Assembly: GCA_050084515.1 (NCBI GenBank)
Contig: CM114271.1
Span: forward strand, 36,394,001-36,458,000
From: Blasia pusilla
Lineage: Eukaryota
Direction of reading: 5' to 3'
DNA length: 64,000 nt
Shown: positions 52,278 through 64,000 of the stretch, in pieces
Numbering within the stretch: position 1 is the first letter of the stretch
How the letters are laid out: the number at the start of each line of letters is the position of its first letter
Notes under the pieces: model-generated
The model's database searches: none
What the model was told of the DNA's origin: nothing
What the model saw: only the letters and a program-made list of their open reading frames with translations
Program-made: the position numbers and the translations under genes

Positions 52278-52643
52278 TGAAATCCGTGAAAGACCTATTG
52301 TCATAAAACACGTTTACAATCACATACAATCGAGCCAAACCCACTCCACGATGGGAGAATCTAGGTCGAAGCTTGCGGGAAACACCATAGCCAAGAGCTC
52401 TACTCACTACCAAGGCTAACTCCCAACGCAACAGGCTCAACTCAAAGAACTGACTGTTCTTTGAGGGCAAGCCACCTTATATCCTCCAACCTAAGAGCGG
52501 GCCCTACTGGGAAAGTCACCCCCAAGTGAGTAACCCCCAACCCTATGTATGGAACCGCATCTCTACCAAACCACTACGGTCCTACATAAGGAATGGCCTC
52601 TACCAGCACTATACTCTACAACATAATCCGTATGGTCATGACA
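52278..52643 (-). repeat. 5' terminal repeat: B segment only, containing the TATA box (52481-52476)
   Basis: Near-identical to 43471-43835; lacks the A segment. Confidence 0.92.
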
Positions 52644-55003
52644 CATTGGTCGCTTATACCTTACTCATCCAGGTAAATGCTCACAACTTCTTTGTACATA
52701 ATTCCTTTTATATTCCACCTCTAAAGTAGTGTATCTATATGTTGGGATAAACTCATTTAGTTTAATTCCTCATAGGTGAAGGAGAACGTCATTGGTTGAG
52801 ATTACTTCTCCATCATGTTCGAGGAGCAACTATCTATGAATGTTTGAGAACTGTTAATGGGATATTATGTCCAACATTCAAGGAGGCTTCTATCCAATTG
52901 GGACTTCTTGAGGATGATAGGGAAGTGTTCTCTTGCTTTGAAGAAGCTTCTACAATTCGTACAGGTTCTTCACTTCGTCGCCTATTTGCAATTATTCTAG
53001 CGTACAACACACCTGCTCAACCTGCAACACTTTGGAGTCAACTCTTGGCTCCAATGGTAGAAGATCTCTTATATGAACGGCGTCTGGTAAGAATTCATTA
53101 ATACCCTTGCATATTTTTTTTATTCTTAATAGTATCTTCTATTGAGCATTCAACAGTCTAACAAATTTTGGGTTATCATCTTATTTTGTAGAAAATTGGA
53201 ATTCCTAATCTTCTCGTTGAAGATGCTATGGTTAATACTGCATTGTTGGAAGTCCATTATTATTTACAAGATCAAGGAAAAAGACTGTCAGACTTTCCAG
53301 ACATGCCCCAACCTGGCTTCCAACGACTTCAATTAAATTTATATTTGGAGGAACAAGAGCTTTTGTATGATACGGAAGAACTATTTGAGCAAGTGCAATT
53401 AGGAGAAGCATTTTTAAATGAAGGACAACGGATTATTTGGGATGCTATAGATGATGAGTTTGATAAAATATGCTTGGATGCTCCACCATCTCCAAAAGTC
53501 TTTTTCATTGATAGCCCAGGTGGAACGGGAAAAACATTTTTATATAATCTTCTTCTTGCAAGTGTAAGGAGTGCAAGAGGTATAGCTTTGGCTGTGGCGT
53601 CATCTGGAATAGCTGCTCTATTGTTAGACGGAGGACGTACTGCACATTCGCGATTCAAAATCCCCATAAATCTTCATGAGAGCTCTACTTGCAAACAAGT
53701 GCCAATTCTGGTGATGCAAAATTTTTAATTTCCTCCAATTCTGGTGGCACAAGTTCTAATTTACTCCCCTTTTCTTACTATAGTTTGTCGGTTAATAGTG
53801 ATGGAGCGCGCTTAATCCGTGATGCAATGCTTATTATATGGGATGAAGCTCCTATGGCTCATCGTCACCCATTTGAGGCTGTAAATCGGACTTTACAAGA
53901 TATTATGGGAGTTATTTTTTATGAACACCGACAATTACCATTTGGTGGAAAACTTATGGTATTTGGTGGTGATTTTCGTCAAGTGTTGCATGTTGTTCGT
54001 CATGGGGATCGGCCGCAAATCATCCAAGCCACCATAAAGAGGTCATCTCTTTGGTCTAATGTAAAGGTCATGAAGTTGACTACAAACATGCGAGTTCAGA
54101 CGTTGGAAGGTCACTTGCGTAGTGAACAACAAGCTTTTGCTGATTGGTTATTAGAAGTGGGAGAGGGTCGCGTACCTTTGCATCCACATTTGGGAGAAAA
54201 TTTTATACAATTACCATCTGAAATTGTTACTAGAAGTAATAAGATATGTGATCTTATTGATTTGATATATCGAAATTTTCCATCCGAAGTCAATGACATT
54301 GATTTCTTGAGAGATACGGCAATTTTGACTCTAAGAAATCAAGATGTAGATGACATAAATGCAAGCATAATGTCACGGTTTCCAAGAGAGATAATCCTTT
54401 TAACTTTTATAAAAGAGTTATTCAATTATAAGTTTAGATATTAATATTACCGTTTCTTACAAACTCATTATATTTTGTGTACAGGAGCAAGTTTACCTCA
54501 GCGTCGACTCTATTCCAAACGAGGGGATGACTCATAGATATCCAACTGAATTTTTGAACACATGCTTGCCTTCAGGACTTCCTCCGCACCGATTGTGTTT
54601 GAAGATTGGGGGACCAATCATGCTGTTACGAAATATGAATGGAGCACATGGACAAGCAAACGGGACAAGATTGGTGATTCATGGATTTATGCAACATTGC
54701 ATAGATGCTGAAATTGTCACAGGGAAAAATATTGGAGATCGAATTTTTGTTCCACGTATCCCATTGATTGCATCACATTCAGATTTGCCATTTGATTTAC
54801 GTAGGTTTCAATTCCCTATTTGACCGGCTTTTGCTATGACTATCAATAAGTCCCAAGGTCAAACTTTGCAAAAGGTGGGCATTTACTTGCCTACTCCAAT
54901 ATTTTCTCATGGCCAATTGTATGTACCATTATCTAGAGTAGGGAAGAGAAGTTCTATCCAGATTATAATTGGAAGCGAAGATTACTATATAAAAAATTCT
55001 TAA
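52644..55003 (+). pseudogene. Helitron RepHel gene, 3' half (PIF1 helicase), intron-containing, premature stop at 54821-54823
   Basis: SPGGTGKT (Walker A), ASSGIAA, GGRTAHSRFKIP, IIWDEAPM, FGGDFRQ, NGTRL, FPI*PAFAMTINKSQGQT, FSHGQLYV.LSRV. Confidence 0.93.
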
Positions 55004-55022
55004 TAAAATAAACATTTAAAAA

Positions 55023-58000
55023 TTAGATCAAATTTTTTTTTCCTTTCGACGGGTCCGGGCGACTCGGCCGGTTATCAGAAAGAAACGACTGTTTGGCCGT
55101 CTTCTCCGCGTCCTTGGCCGGTTCGGAGATGTAAGAAATCCACGAGTGATGGTTCTGGTTGGGAATAACTTTCTCCACTACCATCGTCGACAGTCGCTTT
55201 GACGATTCGAGATCGATCAGAAGGTCGGCTGCGTAGGTGGGCCTCAGTCCGATCACATTAAGGTATTTTAGGTTTGGGAGTCGGGAAAGTTTAGGTCTTT
55301 CGCCATTCTCTTCTGTCAGTTGTGTGCACCAACTCATCGACAGGCGCCTGAGCGATTTCAAATTCTCGATCTCTTTCGGCAGACTCTGTAGTTGGAAACA
55401 GTGATTCATGTCCAAATTCTGCAGGTTTTTCAGTCTCCCGATCCCTCTGGGCAGATTTCGAAGTTTCCAGCAAGCCAAGAGGTTGAGTTTTTGGAGAGTC
55501 TCTAGCTCGCAAATCTCGGTTGGTAGACACTCCAAGGAGGTGCACCATTGAAGGTCCAGGTGCTTCAACTTGTGGAAGATCTGCATTTGTGACGGGAGCC
55601 TTTCGAGATTGCTACAGAAGTCCAGACTGATGAGGCTGACGTTACTGAAAGCGACTATGCTCGATGGCAGACATGTCATACTGTGGCAGTCGTTGATGAT
55701 AAGCTCCTTCAAAGCTAGACACTCCGCAGTATCCTTAGCTCTGGGATCGGTGAAGCGGCCATGGGGCTCTTCAAGCACCTGGCCTACCAACTTCGGGCAG
55801 GACAACAGCTCCAGTGTTGTCAAATTCTCGAGCTTGTAAACGAATTCGGGTATGTATTCCAGATCTGCGCTAAGTTGGATGGATAGTTTCGAAAGGGTTG
55901 CATTCGGTCGTTGAATTGGTAAGTCGTATAGATTATCGCAAGCTTGCAGATGCAGAGAAGTTATGGATTCCGATCGAAAGATGGATGGAGCAGCTTGCCT
56001 GAGGTTTGTGCATCCAATCAAAGAAAGGCTCGCTAAATGACGAGGCACCTGCGTCACAAGCGTTCGAGTTAGTGTTAACAGAGGAGTCCTTACAGCTATA
56101 AATTGTTCATCGCATTCACATCTATAATGTGAATGCGATAAACATTCACATCGATAATGTGAATGCGATAAACATTCACATCCATAATGTGGATCTTATC
56201 CGGATCCCGGATGTATAGCGAAGTGTAGATACACTTAGTCTAAGGGTAGAGATGGGCAGTCCGTAATTCCATGAGCATCCAAACCCTCATTAACCCTCAA
56301 CATTTCCTCCGCTTGAAGAATTGGACTCTGCTGTCGAATTCAGCCCACCTACTACATGTGTGATGAACAAATTCACAAAGAACGAGTGCTTTTGTATAGT
56401 AGAAAACTGACCTAGATTGACGAGTGCACACCTTCCTATTTCGACTGTTCAAACACGTTACCATTTGTAGCCCTGTTGTCAATTCCTGAATGTATGCTTA
56501 CGTAATCTGCAATGTGTTCGTCGATAAAAAATAGACCTCGTCTTTAGCGGTATGAGACGGATATTTCGTACCTGAAAAGCTGCAACTCCGAAGCTAAGGC
56601 CTGACAGGACCAAAACACTGAGATTTTCAAGATGCTCTGATCGGAACGGCAAGGACTGCGGTCGTGACTCTGAAGCTGGATTGCCGGTGCCAAAGTGGAG
56701 GAAACGGAGATCAGCCAGAGATCTGAAACTAGACCCGACCACCTCTGTTTTCTCGATAACGACGTAGCGCAACCCTTCAAGGTTTTCCATCCATTTCATT
56801 TCAAAAGGATTCTCGCAGTCTATTAGGCACAAGCTTCGGCAACTTCGCTTGACCTGAAATTCAAGAGATATCCGATCGGTCTCGAGTTAGTGTTTATTGT
56901 GTAGAGCTTGCAACGCGCACCTTCTTGTAAAATTAACGCTGCCAGCCCAGAAATGCTTTCACATGCACACTCAACGGTTGCAATCTTCAAAACGTATCCC
57001 AGTGCTTCCTCATGGGCAGAGTAGACGAGAAATGAGGGAGTCGAGGACCAGCACTGTAAATAGATGGATTCCACGGCAGTACTGTTCGCGATCTCGAGGA
57101 GGAATGGCCATCCGATTGATCTCCACCGTAGAATTGGGTGCAGGACTAAAATATATCTCGGTAACTGTTGCAAATTATGCGTGAGAATAGTGACAGACTG
57201 CGTTTGCAGATGACGTTTTCCAGTCTCTCAGTCCAGCACTCCAGAGTAATTGAATGTACGTACCCGGTTTCTAAGCTCCGTAAGCTGTTGAGGCATCGGG
57301 GACTCGACCGCATGTATATGGTGATCCCGATGGAGCTTACGACCGCTCTCAAGCATCTCGGGAGCAGCGAGCAGCACCTTCATCTTCCAAGGACCTGATC
57401 CGTAATTTCTAGTGATCTCAGCAAGGCGTGTCAAGGTTTGGGTTCCAATAATCTCCTTAGAGAGTATCACACGCTTATCTTTGAGTTCTTTGAGTACATG
57501 TCTCCCGAGTATGTTTTCGACTGTCCCCCAACTCCAGCCATTAAACACGTTTGCGATGTCTCCCATGGCTTCTTGGAGAAGTGATGATTCCAGTTTCCTA
57601 TTGAAGAGCAGTCCCATTTTCTCCACCAATCGGATATAAGCAACCTCCTGGGCTCGAGCGACCTCTTCCTTCACTCGATCCTCTACTTGTGTGAGAGTTG
57701 GTCCCCAGTCACGTTTAGCAATATCCTCGTCCACCGCAGCCAACTCTTCGCAAATGCGCTGCCAGACTGCCACCGGACGATCAATTTCGAAGTACTTCCC
57801 GAAGAAAAGGAGTAGCACAGGAAGACCCTCACACCTTGAGACCAGATCCTGCCAAGTGGTGCTCCGTGTGGATTCATCCGTGTGCCCTGGACCTTTGGTG
57901 TACTTCGAGATTAGCTCCTTGGCCTCGTAAAACTGCAGGCGGTCGACATGTAGGGGTTTGTAGACGCACGGGGAATCGGGAAGGTCTCGAAAGATGGCTT

Positions 58001-59841
58001 TAATATTTCGAAAGGCGGGACTAATTTTGAGGTCTTCATGTTCAAAATCACCCTCTACAGAGATCAACACACAACTTCCTTTCGGCAGATACTTCGAGAA
58101 ACTGTCAGGCAGCATCTGACTCAATAATCTTCCTTCTGCGATATTATCTAGGGCTAGAAGAACTTTCTGATCATCCCGTTTCCAAAATTGCGCATAGTCA
58201 ATGAGTTTCTGCTTGCCGACGTTGACGCTTGCAAGCCCCTCCGTGCTTACAGCATCCACCATCTGCTCAATAAGCTTTTTCTGCCACCATTGCACTAAGG
58301 GTTCTGAAGGATCATCCGTGCCTGAACGGCTGCAGTCGATTAAATAAGTCTTCGGGAAGTTCGAGAGCCGGACGAAAATTTCATTCAGCACTCGGCTTTT
58401 CCCGACTCCTCTGGCACCGTATAGGTACACAATCTGAATCTTACCATACTTTGACCCTGATTCCACAGCGCTCACAACTTTAGAAACGCCGTATCGTGTC
58501 TCCAGGCCCACTGTATCACCCTCAATGTGTGGCCGCACGTTACTGCGCGGCCGGGCTCGATCAGTTAATAATAAATTCAGACGAAACTTCTGCATCCTTC
58601 CCACGCAATCATCGATGTCCGCATCGTTGTCAGTCGCTGAAGCGTAATTGTGGAACAATCGTCTACTCCCCTGAATCCAATTGACACTGTGAGACCGTGA
58701 CGGAACTAGACACTCAACAAAATAGGGTCAGTGAGTCAAGTTCGAAGAAACCTTTGTGAGCGAGGATTCAATGTGTACTCAGGTAACCCTGGCTGGGGAC
58801 CATCTACTGTATATCTCATCCACAAGCTGAAGGGTAGTCAATGGTTTGAATTGCTTCAGCGACTACTATACTACTAAGCTCGATGACTGTTAAGTGCTCA
58901 TAGCGGACAGCTACTTTACTAGCCATTAAAAGTGCAAGACGACGTTTATACATTGCGACAAAAAACATGAAATTTCAAATGGTTTTGCGCGTGACCTGAT
59001 GCTTCGCTTCTCTTCCGCGTCCGACCTTACAACAACTGCGAAACAATGTGAGAAAAGTTCCACAGCTTCCTGATCTATGATTTGGCCATAGTCTGAATTA
59101 GAGATGAACCTAATTGCCATGTTTTTCTCGTAGTACTCAACAAGCTGCTCTGCTTCTTTCCTCAATCTAATCGCTTTCTCGCTCACAGCTTTCATAATTT
59201 TCATCCGGTCGTTTATCAAGAGGTAGATTTTGAATATAAGCCCGTACACGCCTAAATTGTCGGTTACAACAGTCAGCAACTCGTCTGCCACTGACTTCAG
59301 AGCAGAAGCGGTACTGCCCCGTGATTTGCCCTTCAAATCCAACAAGTACGGTCAATTTCACAGTCTACTTTCCAGCTTACATGCGACGGTCACCATAGAT
59401 GACAATCGGAGAAAATCCTAACCAGTGGCATTACACACAAATCGTACTGAACAATTACAGCATGTATACCATGACCACGCCACAATTCGGCGGATGTCCA
59501 GTCCTAGCTAGTATTTGATCACTCGTTAACCATCGGTATGCAGAGATCTCAGAAAGGAGCAAGTTTCAAATGCCATCAGATCACGAGGTTCAGACTGCAC
59601 ATGGAAACTAGTTTAACTGTAAGCACCGAGCAGCAGCATGGTACATGTATACCATAAATACCGCAGTACGTACCTCTCCATACTTTTCCATCGCCTTCAA
59701 TAATTTTTTCTCCTCATCTTCTGTTCCTCTGTGCTTTTCAATTTCGGGGGATACAGTATATGTTGAGGTGCTGTGAGTAGGATTTGGTCGTCCGCCATAG
59801 CCACGAAGCGAGTTTCCCTCGGATCTGCTAGTTGACGTCAT
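55023..59841 (-). CDS. NLR (NB-ARC-LRR) immune receptor with a non-TIR helical N-terminal domain. Exons approx. 59841-59674, 59417-59381, 59290-58996, (possible small exon ~58815-58752), ~58670-57264, 56853-56572, 56048-55023
   Basis: P-loop GARGVGKS, kinase-2 LLALDNI, CEGLPV, and plant LRRs (LxxLxLxxCxxLxxLP). The last three exons splice in phase 0; 5' exon joins are uncertain. Confidence 0.85.
56109..56192. repeat. Palindromic 30-bp minisatellite in an NLR intron
   Basis: cattcacatc(t/g/c)ataatgtgaatgcgataaa x~2.7; each unit is self-complementary. Confidence 0.9.
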
Positions 59842-61113
59842 CGGGGAGATCGATGTGATGATGGCCTTCACGCTAAGACAGGGAAACGCAGCGCATAAGA
59901 TTTAGTTTGAGATCTTTCCGAGTGCTGTAAGAGTGCAACAGAAGGTTCTTGACCTTGGATCGGTTAGGTTGCTGAAATAGAAACTAAAATAAGTAGTTGT
60001 CTTTCCACAAAATATAACTCGAATTATGAAACCATCTATTATGAGAACTCCGATAGGTTCCGAACGAAATCTGATCCATATACCCTAAGCCACGAGACCT
60101 AAGAGTGCTGAAACATGATATCGTCCCGTAAAACTCTGGAGTACTGGCGGACAGTAATTTAGAGCACTAATAGGTCGGAAACTCTCTTCTGGGGATTCAA
60201 CGGTCCAGAAAGGTACTGACATAACCTTTAGTGGCGAATACAAATACATGAGCCCGAAATCACGCTCCACCCCCCGGTGTAACTAGCAGGACCTATCGAC
60301 GTAACACCTAGGTCGGATCCATGTCAACAGCGGTAAACGCTGGAACAAGCTTCGCGTTTTCCAGGAAGAAGTCCATGAGCCTTACCTTAAAGGTTGTCTG
60401 GCTGCAAGGCGTTGACGCAACGAGATTGCTCAATCGATCTGTCAGCAGGTGCTGAAATTATACGCCATGTACTCGATGAGACCTCTGTCGGCATAGAGAT
60501 ATGCCAGTTACCTTGTTCAATCATCGACATAGATGTGTGGGAGTTCTGTTCCCTGCCACAGTTGGTGTTATGAAGCTACAGCAATGGCCAGTCGACCGGG
60601 AAGCACCGAACATTCAAGACATTATGTAATTCAGGCCTTACGTCAAAGTCTTATTTTCAGGCATCTATTAGTCACGCCGTACTCCCGGATGAGACCTCGG
60701 GCGATCTGATTCAGTGCTCGGACAGTATTTTTGAGTTTTTTACCCGGTCTCCATAAAATATTTAGGTTTTCTGAAATAATTCCCGGCTGACCCCCTAAGA
60801 TTTTTTGCCTAACATTTTTTTTTGGTTATTTCTTGCATGTAACTTGAGCCACCAGTTTTTTAATGGGCTTGGAATTGGCTTGCCACTTTTTTCTGTCACA
60901 TTTTCTACCTTTCAATTTAGTTCTGGTTATAAACAAAGTCCCTCTCGCTTGAGTTGAACCAGAATTCCCCCTACCACGCGGGGGCCATAGGTGCTAAGAA
61001 CCCTTCCTACAAGGAGTATTCATAAAATGAACTTTCTTTGTAGGAGGGGTTTGACTACAGAAAATAAATGATTACTAAAAGCATTTGCAAAATGAAATGA
61101 AGTCGCAGAGAAA

Positions 61114-63240
61114 CTAGAATGAAGGGTCAGGGTTAAGCTCACCTTCCTCAGCAGCTTCAAGTACAACGGGAGGAACAATGTACAACTCTAGATTAGCATA
61201 TACAAATATATATTCCTTTGAGTGTTTCCATGTGTCCATAGTAGAAATGAGGACCTTATCCACATCAAAATTCTCATTTGGACCGTCCATATCAACCCTC
61301 AACAAAGCTTTCAAGTGATAAGAGGTTAAGCTATTTCTTAACCTATTCTTAATGACATTTTGAATGCTAAAAGCTCTCTCACATGATGATGTTGATACAC
61401 ATTAGACTCTGGCTATATCACCTAAAATACACAGATTAGCATACTTAGTCTTCAGGCTCGGACTACCACTTACCATACACCATAAGTCCTTGAAGGACTT
61501 CTCCTTCCATTCTGTCATGGCCTGAATCTTGAAGGCCAAGAATTCATTCTTGAGGGCTGCACCATCTAGAAGAGACTTTTTCACCCTGCCATGCAAGGTT
61601 TTTTCCTGTCCATAGAAAGAGCTCAACATTTTCAAGTTTCTTACACCCCAATCTCTTAAACTAGATATGGTAGAAGGCATTTGGGATGGATTGAGGATCT
61701 TAAAACCTCCAATGATGTTATTGTCTTCAAACCTTTCTTGCAAAGCTACACATATGGCCTCAGCAAAATTTCTTTGGAAAAAACCAGCTTCTTCTAAATC
61801 CTTTCATGTCACATCCCTATCCATTTGGATTGAATGAAAGAAAGAACCCCTTACTTTTGATTGCAAGTGCTGCAGATATCCATCACTAGGACCATAATTC
61901 GGAAAGAGATGAAAACCGCTAGACTGAGAAATGAGATAGGCATTCATATCTACACTTTCATGTACATAATTCATTCTAACATGTGCTATCTCAGTCTGAA
62001 CAATAGAAGCAACGCTAGATATATCAACAAACTTCATCTGGAATAACTTGCTCAACATTGCCATAGAATGAAGTATGTCACCCAGAAAATATAAAATGTA
62101 AATCATTTTGAAGGACTTTAACCTCTTTAGAAGATGTGAAGCTACCCCATCATCTTCCTTGGGGTTCACAATAGAGAAGTAGACCATGATCGATTCTAAA
62201 CTATCACATAAAGAAGTAACGGCTTACCACCTGCTAAGCTATCTGACCTTCTGATAACGTTTCATGACTTTCCTAGAATCATTTAGCTCTTCTTGTAGAG
62301 AAGAAAGACCACACTTCCTCTTAGAACTCTTCTTGAAATAAGATGCAACACAATTCAAAATGTTATCCACCTCATCACTAAGTTCCTTGCACCCTAGACT
62401 CTTTGTTGCTGCAAGAGCAGCTAAGTTTGTCCGGTGTGCCACACAATGGACGATTGTCATGTAAGGATTAACATTCCTCTTCAAACGGGCACTTAATCCA
62501 TTCCTAGTACCTACCATAGTGTTGGCCCCATCAGACCCAAAACCAACCATCTTCTCAAAATCCAATTCCCATTCCTAAGTAAGGATACTAAACAATCTGA
62601 AATGGACTCGGCATCCTTGTTCTCAACCTTGATCAATCCTAAGAAGGTGCACACTTGACCTTCATCAAGGTAAGTGACAAAGGCAACGAGGTGTCTTGTT
62701 ACCGATATGTCAGTGGATTCATCTACCATTATTCCGTAAAAGGGACTAAGTCTAACCCTAGCTAGAAGCAATCTTTGAATTATCAAACTAATACATATTA
62801 TCATATATGCACATGTCTTGTCATCTTGATACATCGACTTTGTGAGCATCATAGATCCAGATTTGAGTAATGCACAGAGACCAGGGAATGAGGAAAATGC
62901 AACATTATACTTAGCCATGAAGTATGCTCCTCGAAATAGATTAAGCACCGCTAAATCGTAGTTTCTATTGGTGCTTGCAATAGCTTTCTGAAGAGTTTTT
63001 CTACCACTATACTGAGCCCAAGCCAGCTTTTTATGTTCCTTGGATTTACCATGGTCTATGAAGGCAGAAATCTTCACATTGATGGCTCCAGATGTGGCAA
63101 ATACAGATTTCCCTCCTGAGTCCTTGCACACTTTACAAAATACCCTCCCCGTGTGAGGCTCAAATTCAATCCATTCAAAAGCTTGATTCCTCTTGTTCTC
63201 TTCAATCTTTGAAGTGGTCAGATCAGAAGGAGAATCTATC
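61114..63240 (-). pseudogene. hAT transposase (ZNF862-like) with stops and frameshifts
   Basis: YGIMVDESTDIS, FGSDGANTMVG, VHCVAHRTNLA, and C-terminal dimerisation motif CVSTSSCERAFS. Confidence 0.9.
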
Positions 63241-63261
63241 TCCTCACATGAGTTGGTAGAG

Positions 63262-63740
63262 GGAAAAACTGCTCACCCTAACATATAACCCTAAAACCAG
63301 ATTGCAATGTTGCCAACAAACTAGTAAAGCCCACTTCAAGGAATCCAAGCTTCCAATGAGAGGCTCAGAAAACTTCGAACAAAGAGCAATGAGCACTGAG
63401 AGCAGCGAGGAGTAAACAGTAAACACAATGACAAGCCTGAAACGAGGCGCCGAGGACGAGCGAGCAACGAGGCGCCGAGGACGGCACACGAGCATGTGAG
63501 GAGATAGATAGAGTTTTTCCCTCTACCAAAGGAAAAACTGCTCACCCTAACAATACGAAAGGAAAAACCAGATTGCAATGCTGCCAACAAACTAGTAAAG
63601 CCCACTTCAAGGAATCCAAGCTACCAATGAGAGGCTCAAAAAACTTTTAACAAAGAGCAATGAGCACTGAGAGCAGCGAGGAGTAAACAGTAAACACAAT
63701 GACGAGCCTGAAACGAGGCGCCGAGGACGGCACACGAGCA
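63262..63740. repeat. Direct duplication (~210-230 bp x2) in the hAT 5' region
   Basis: ggaaaaactgctcaccctaaca...cctgaaacgaggcgccgaggacg at 63262 and 63531. Confidence 0.9.
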
Positions 63741-64000
63741 GCGAGGACGGTGAGGAGCAGTACGATAAGCAGCAAGGAGGCTTAGGACTGAGGAGTCTCC
63801 GAGAGTCCGACGAGCATTCATGAAGGATTCGAAGGAGAGAGGAGCAAATGGGAGTCGAGTTGCAAATGCCTCGACCCCTACTCCCCTGGGCCCTTGGACC
63901 CTGACTCCCTCTCTCCCGAAATGTGAACTGCCGCGAGTGCTGTGAGATCATCCGCACCCTAGAAGGGATGGCTGGATGAACGCTGCCCCCTTATCCACTC

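Larger units (their letters stand above)
43365..52643 (-). mobile_element. Ty3/Gypsy LTR retrotransposon, family 1, with DNMT3-like methyltransferase and PHD finger; permuted (split) LTRs; 4-bp TSD CATT
   Basis: TSD CATT at 43361-43364 and 52644-52647 (RepHel reads HPI|GRLY across it). Termini TGTCATG...CACGACA on the minus strand. Order gag-PR-DNMT-RT-RH-IN-PHD; many indels. Confidence 0.93.
35946..55078 (+). mobile_element. Large autonomous-type Helitron interrupted by a Gypsy insertion
   Basis: 5' end A|TCTATACTATTATGGGAG at 35946; RepHel gene 39800-55003; GC-rich hairpin-like CCGGGCGACTCGG at ~55055-55068. No canonical CTAG is seen, so both ends are uncertain. Confidence 0.6.
60712..64000 (-). 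mobile_element. hAT DNA transposon (ZNF862-like transposase, decayed); other end outside the window
   Basis: Candidate TIR CAGTGCTCGG at 60712; transposase pseudogene 61114-~63240. Confidence 0.75.

Noticed and set aside
43365-52643. DIRS/Ngaro tyrosine-recombinase element, suggested by the split repeats
   Set aside because: It has a retroviral-type integrase, an aspartic protease, a Gypsy RT and a 4-bp TSD; no tyrosine recombinase motifs seen.

Overview
Eukaryotic plant genomic DNA, probably a non-seed plant (inferred from gene and TE content). It holds three intron-containing host genes: a purple acid phosphatase (+, 6683-10689), a GH18/class V chitinase with a likely C-terminal membrane anchor (-, 12422-14027), and an atypical NLR (-, 55023-59841). 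These flank a nested transposon block of Helitrons and Ty3/Gypsy elements, and a decayed hAT element lies at the right end. The most striking object is a Ty3/Gypsy retrotransposon (43365-52643, -, 4-bp CATT TSD) inserted in a Helitron RepHel gene. It (i) carries a full DNMT3-like cytosine methyltransferase domain between protease and RT, (ii) ends its pol in a PHD finger, (iii) appears to self-prime Tf1-style, with a PBS complementary to the predicted transcript 5' end and no tRNA PBS, and (iv) has a permuted 'split LTR' layout B-internal-A-B-A. That layout is what a 2-LTR circle would give if integrated through a palindromic att site inside the LTR. Remnants of a second, sequence-divergent family (25547-33513) show the same traits, arguing for a lineage-level mechanism rather than a one-off rearrangement. 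Splice sites and motifs were read by eye; no database searches were run.
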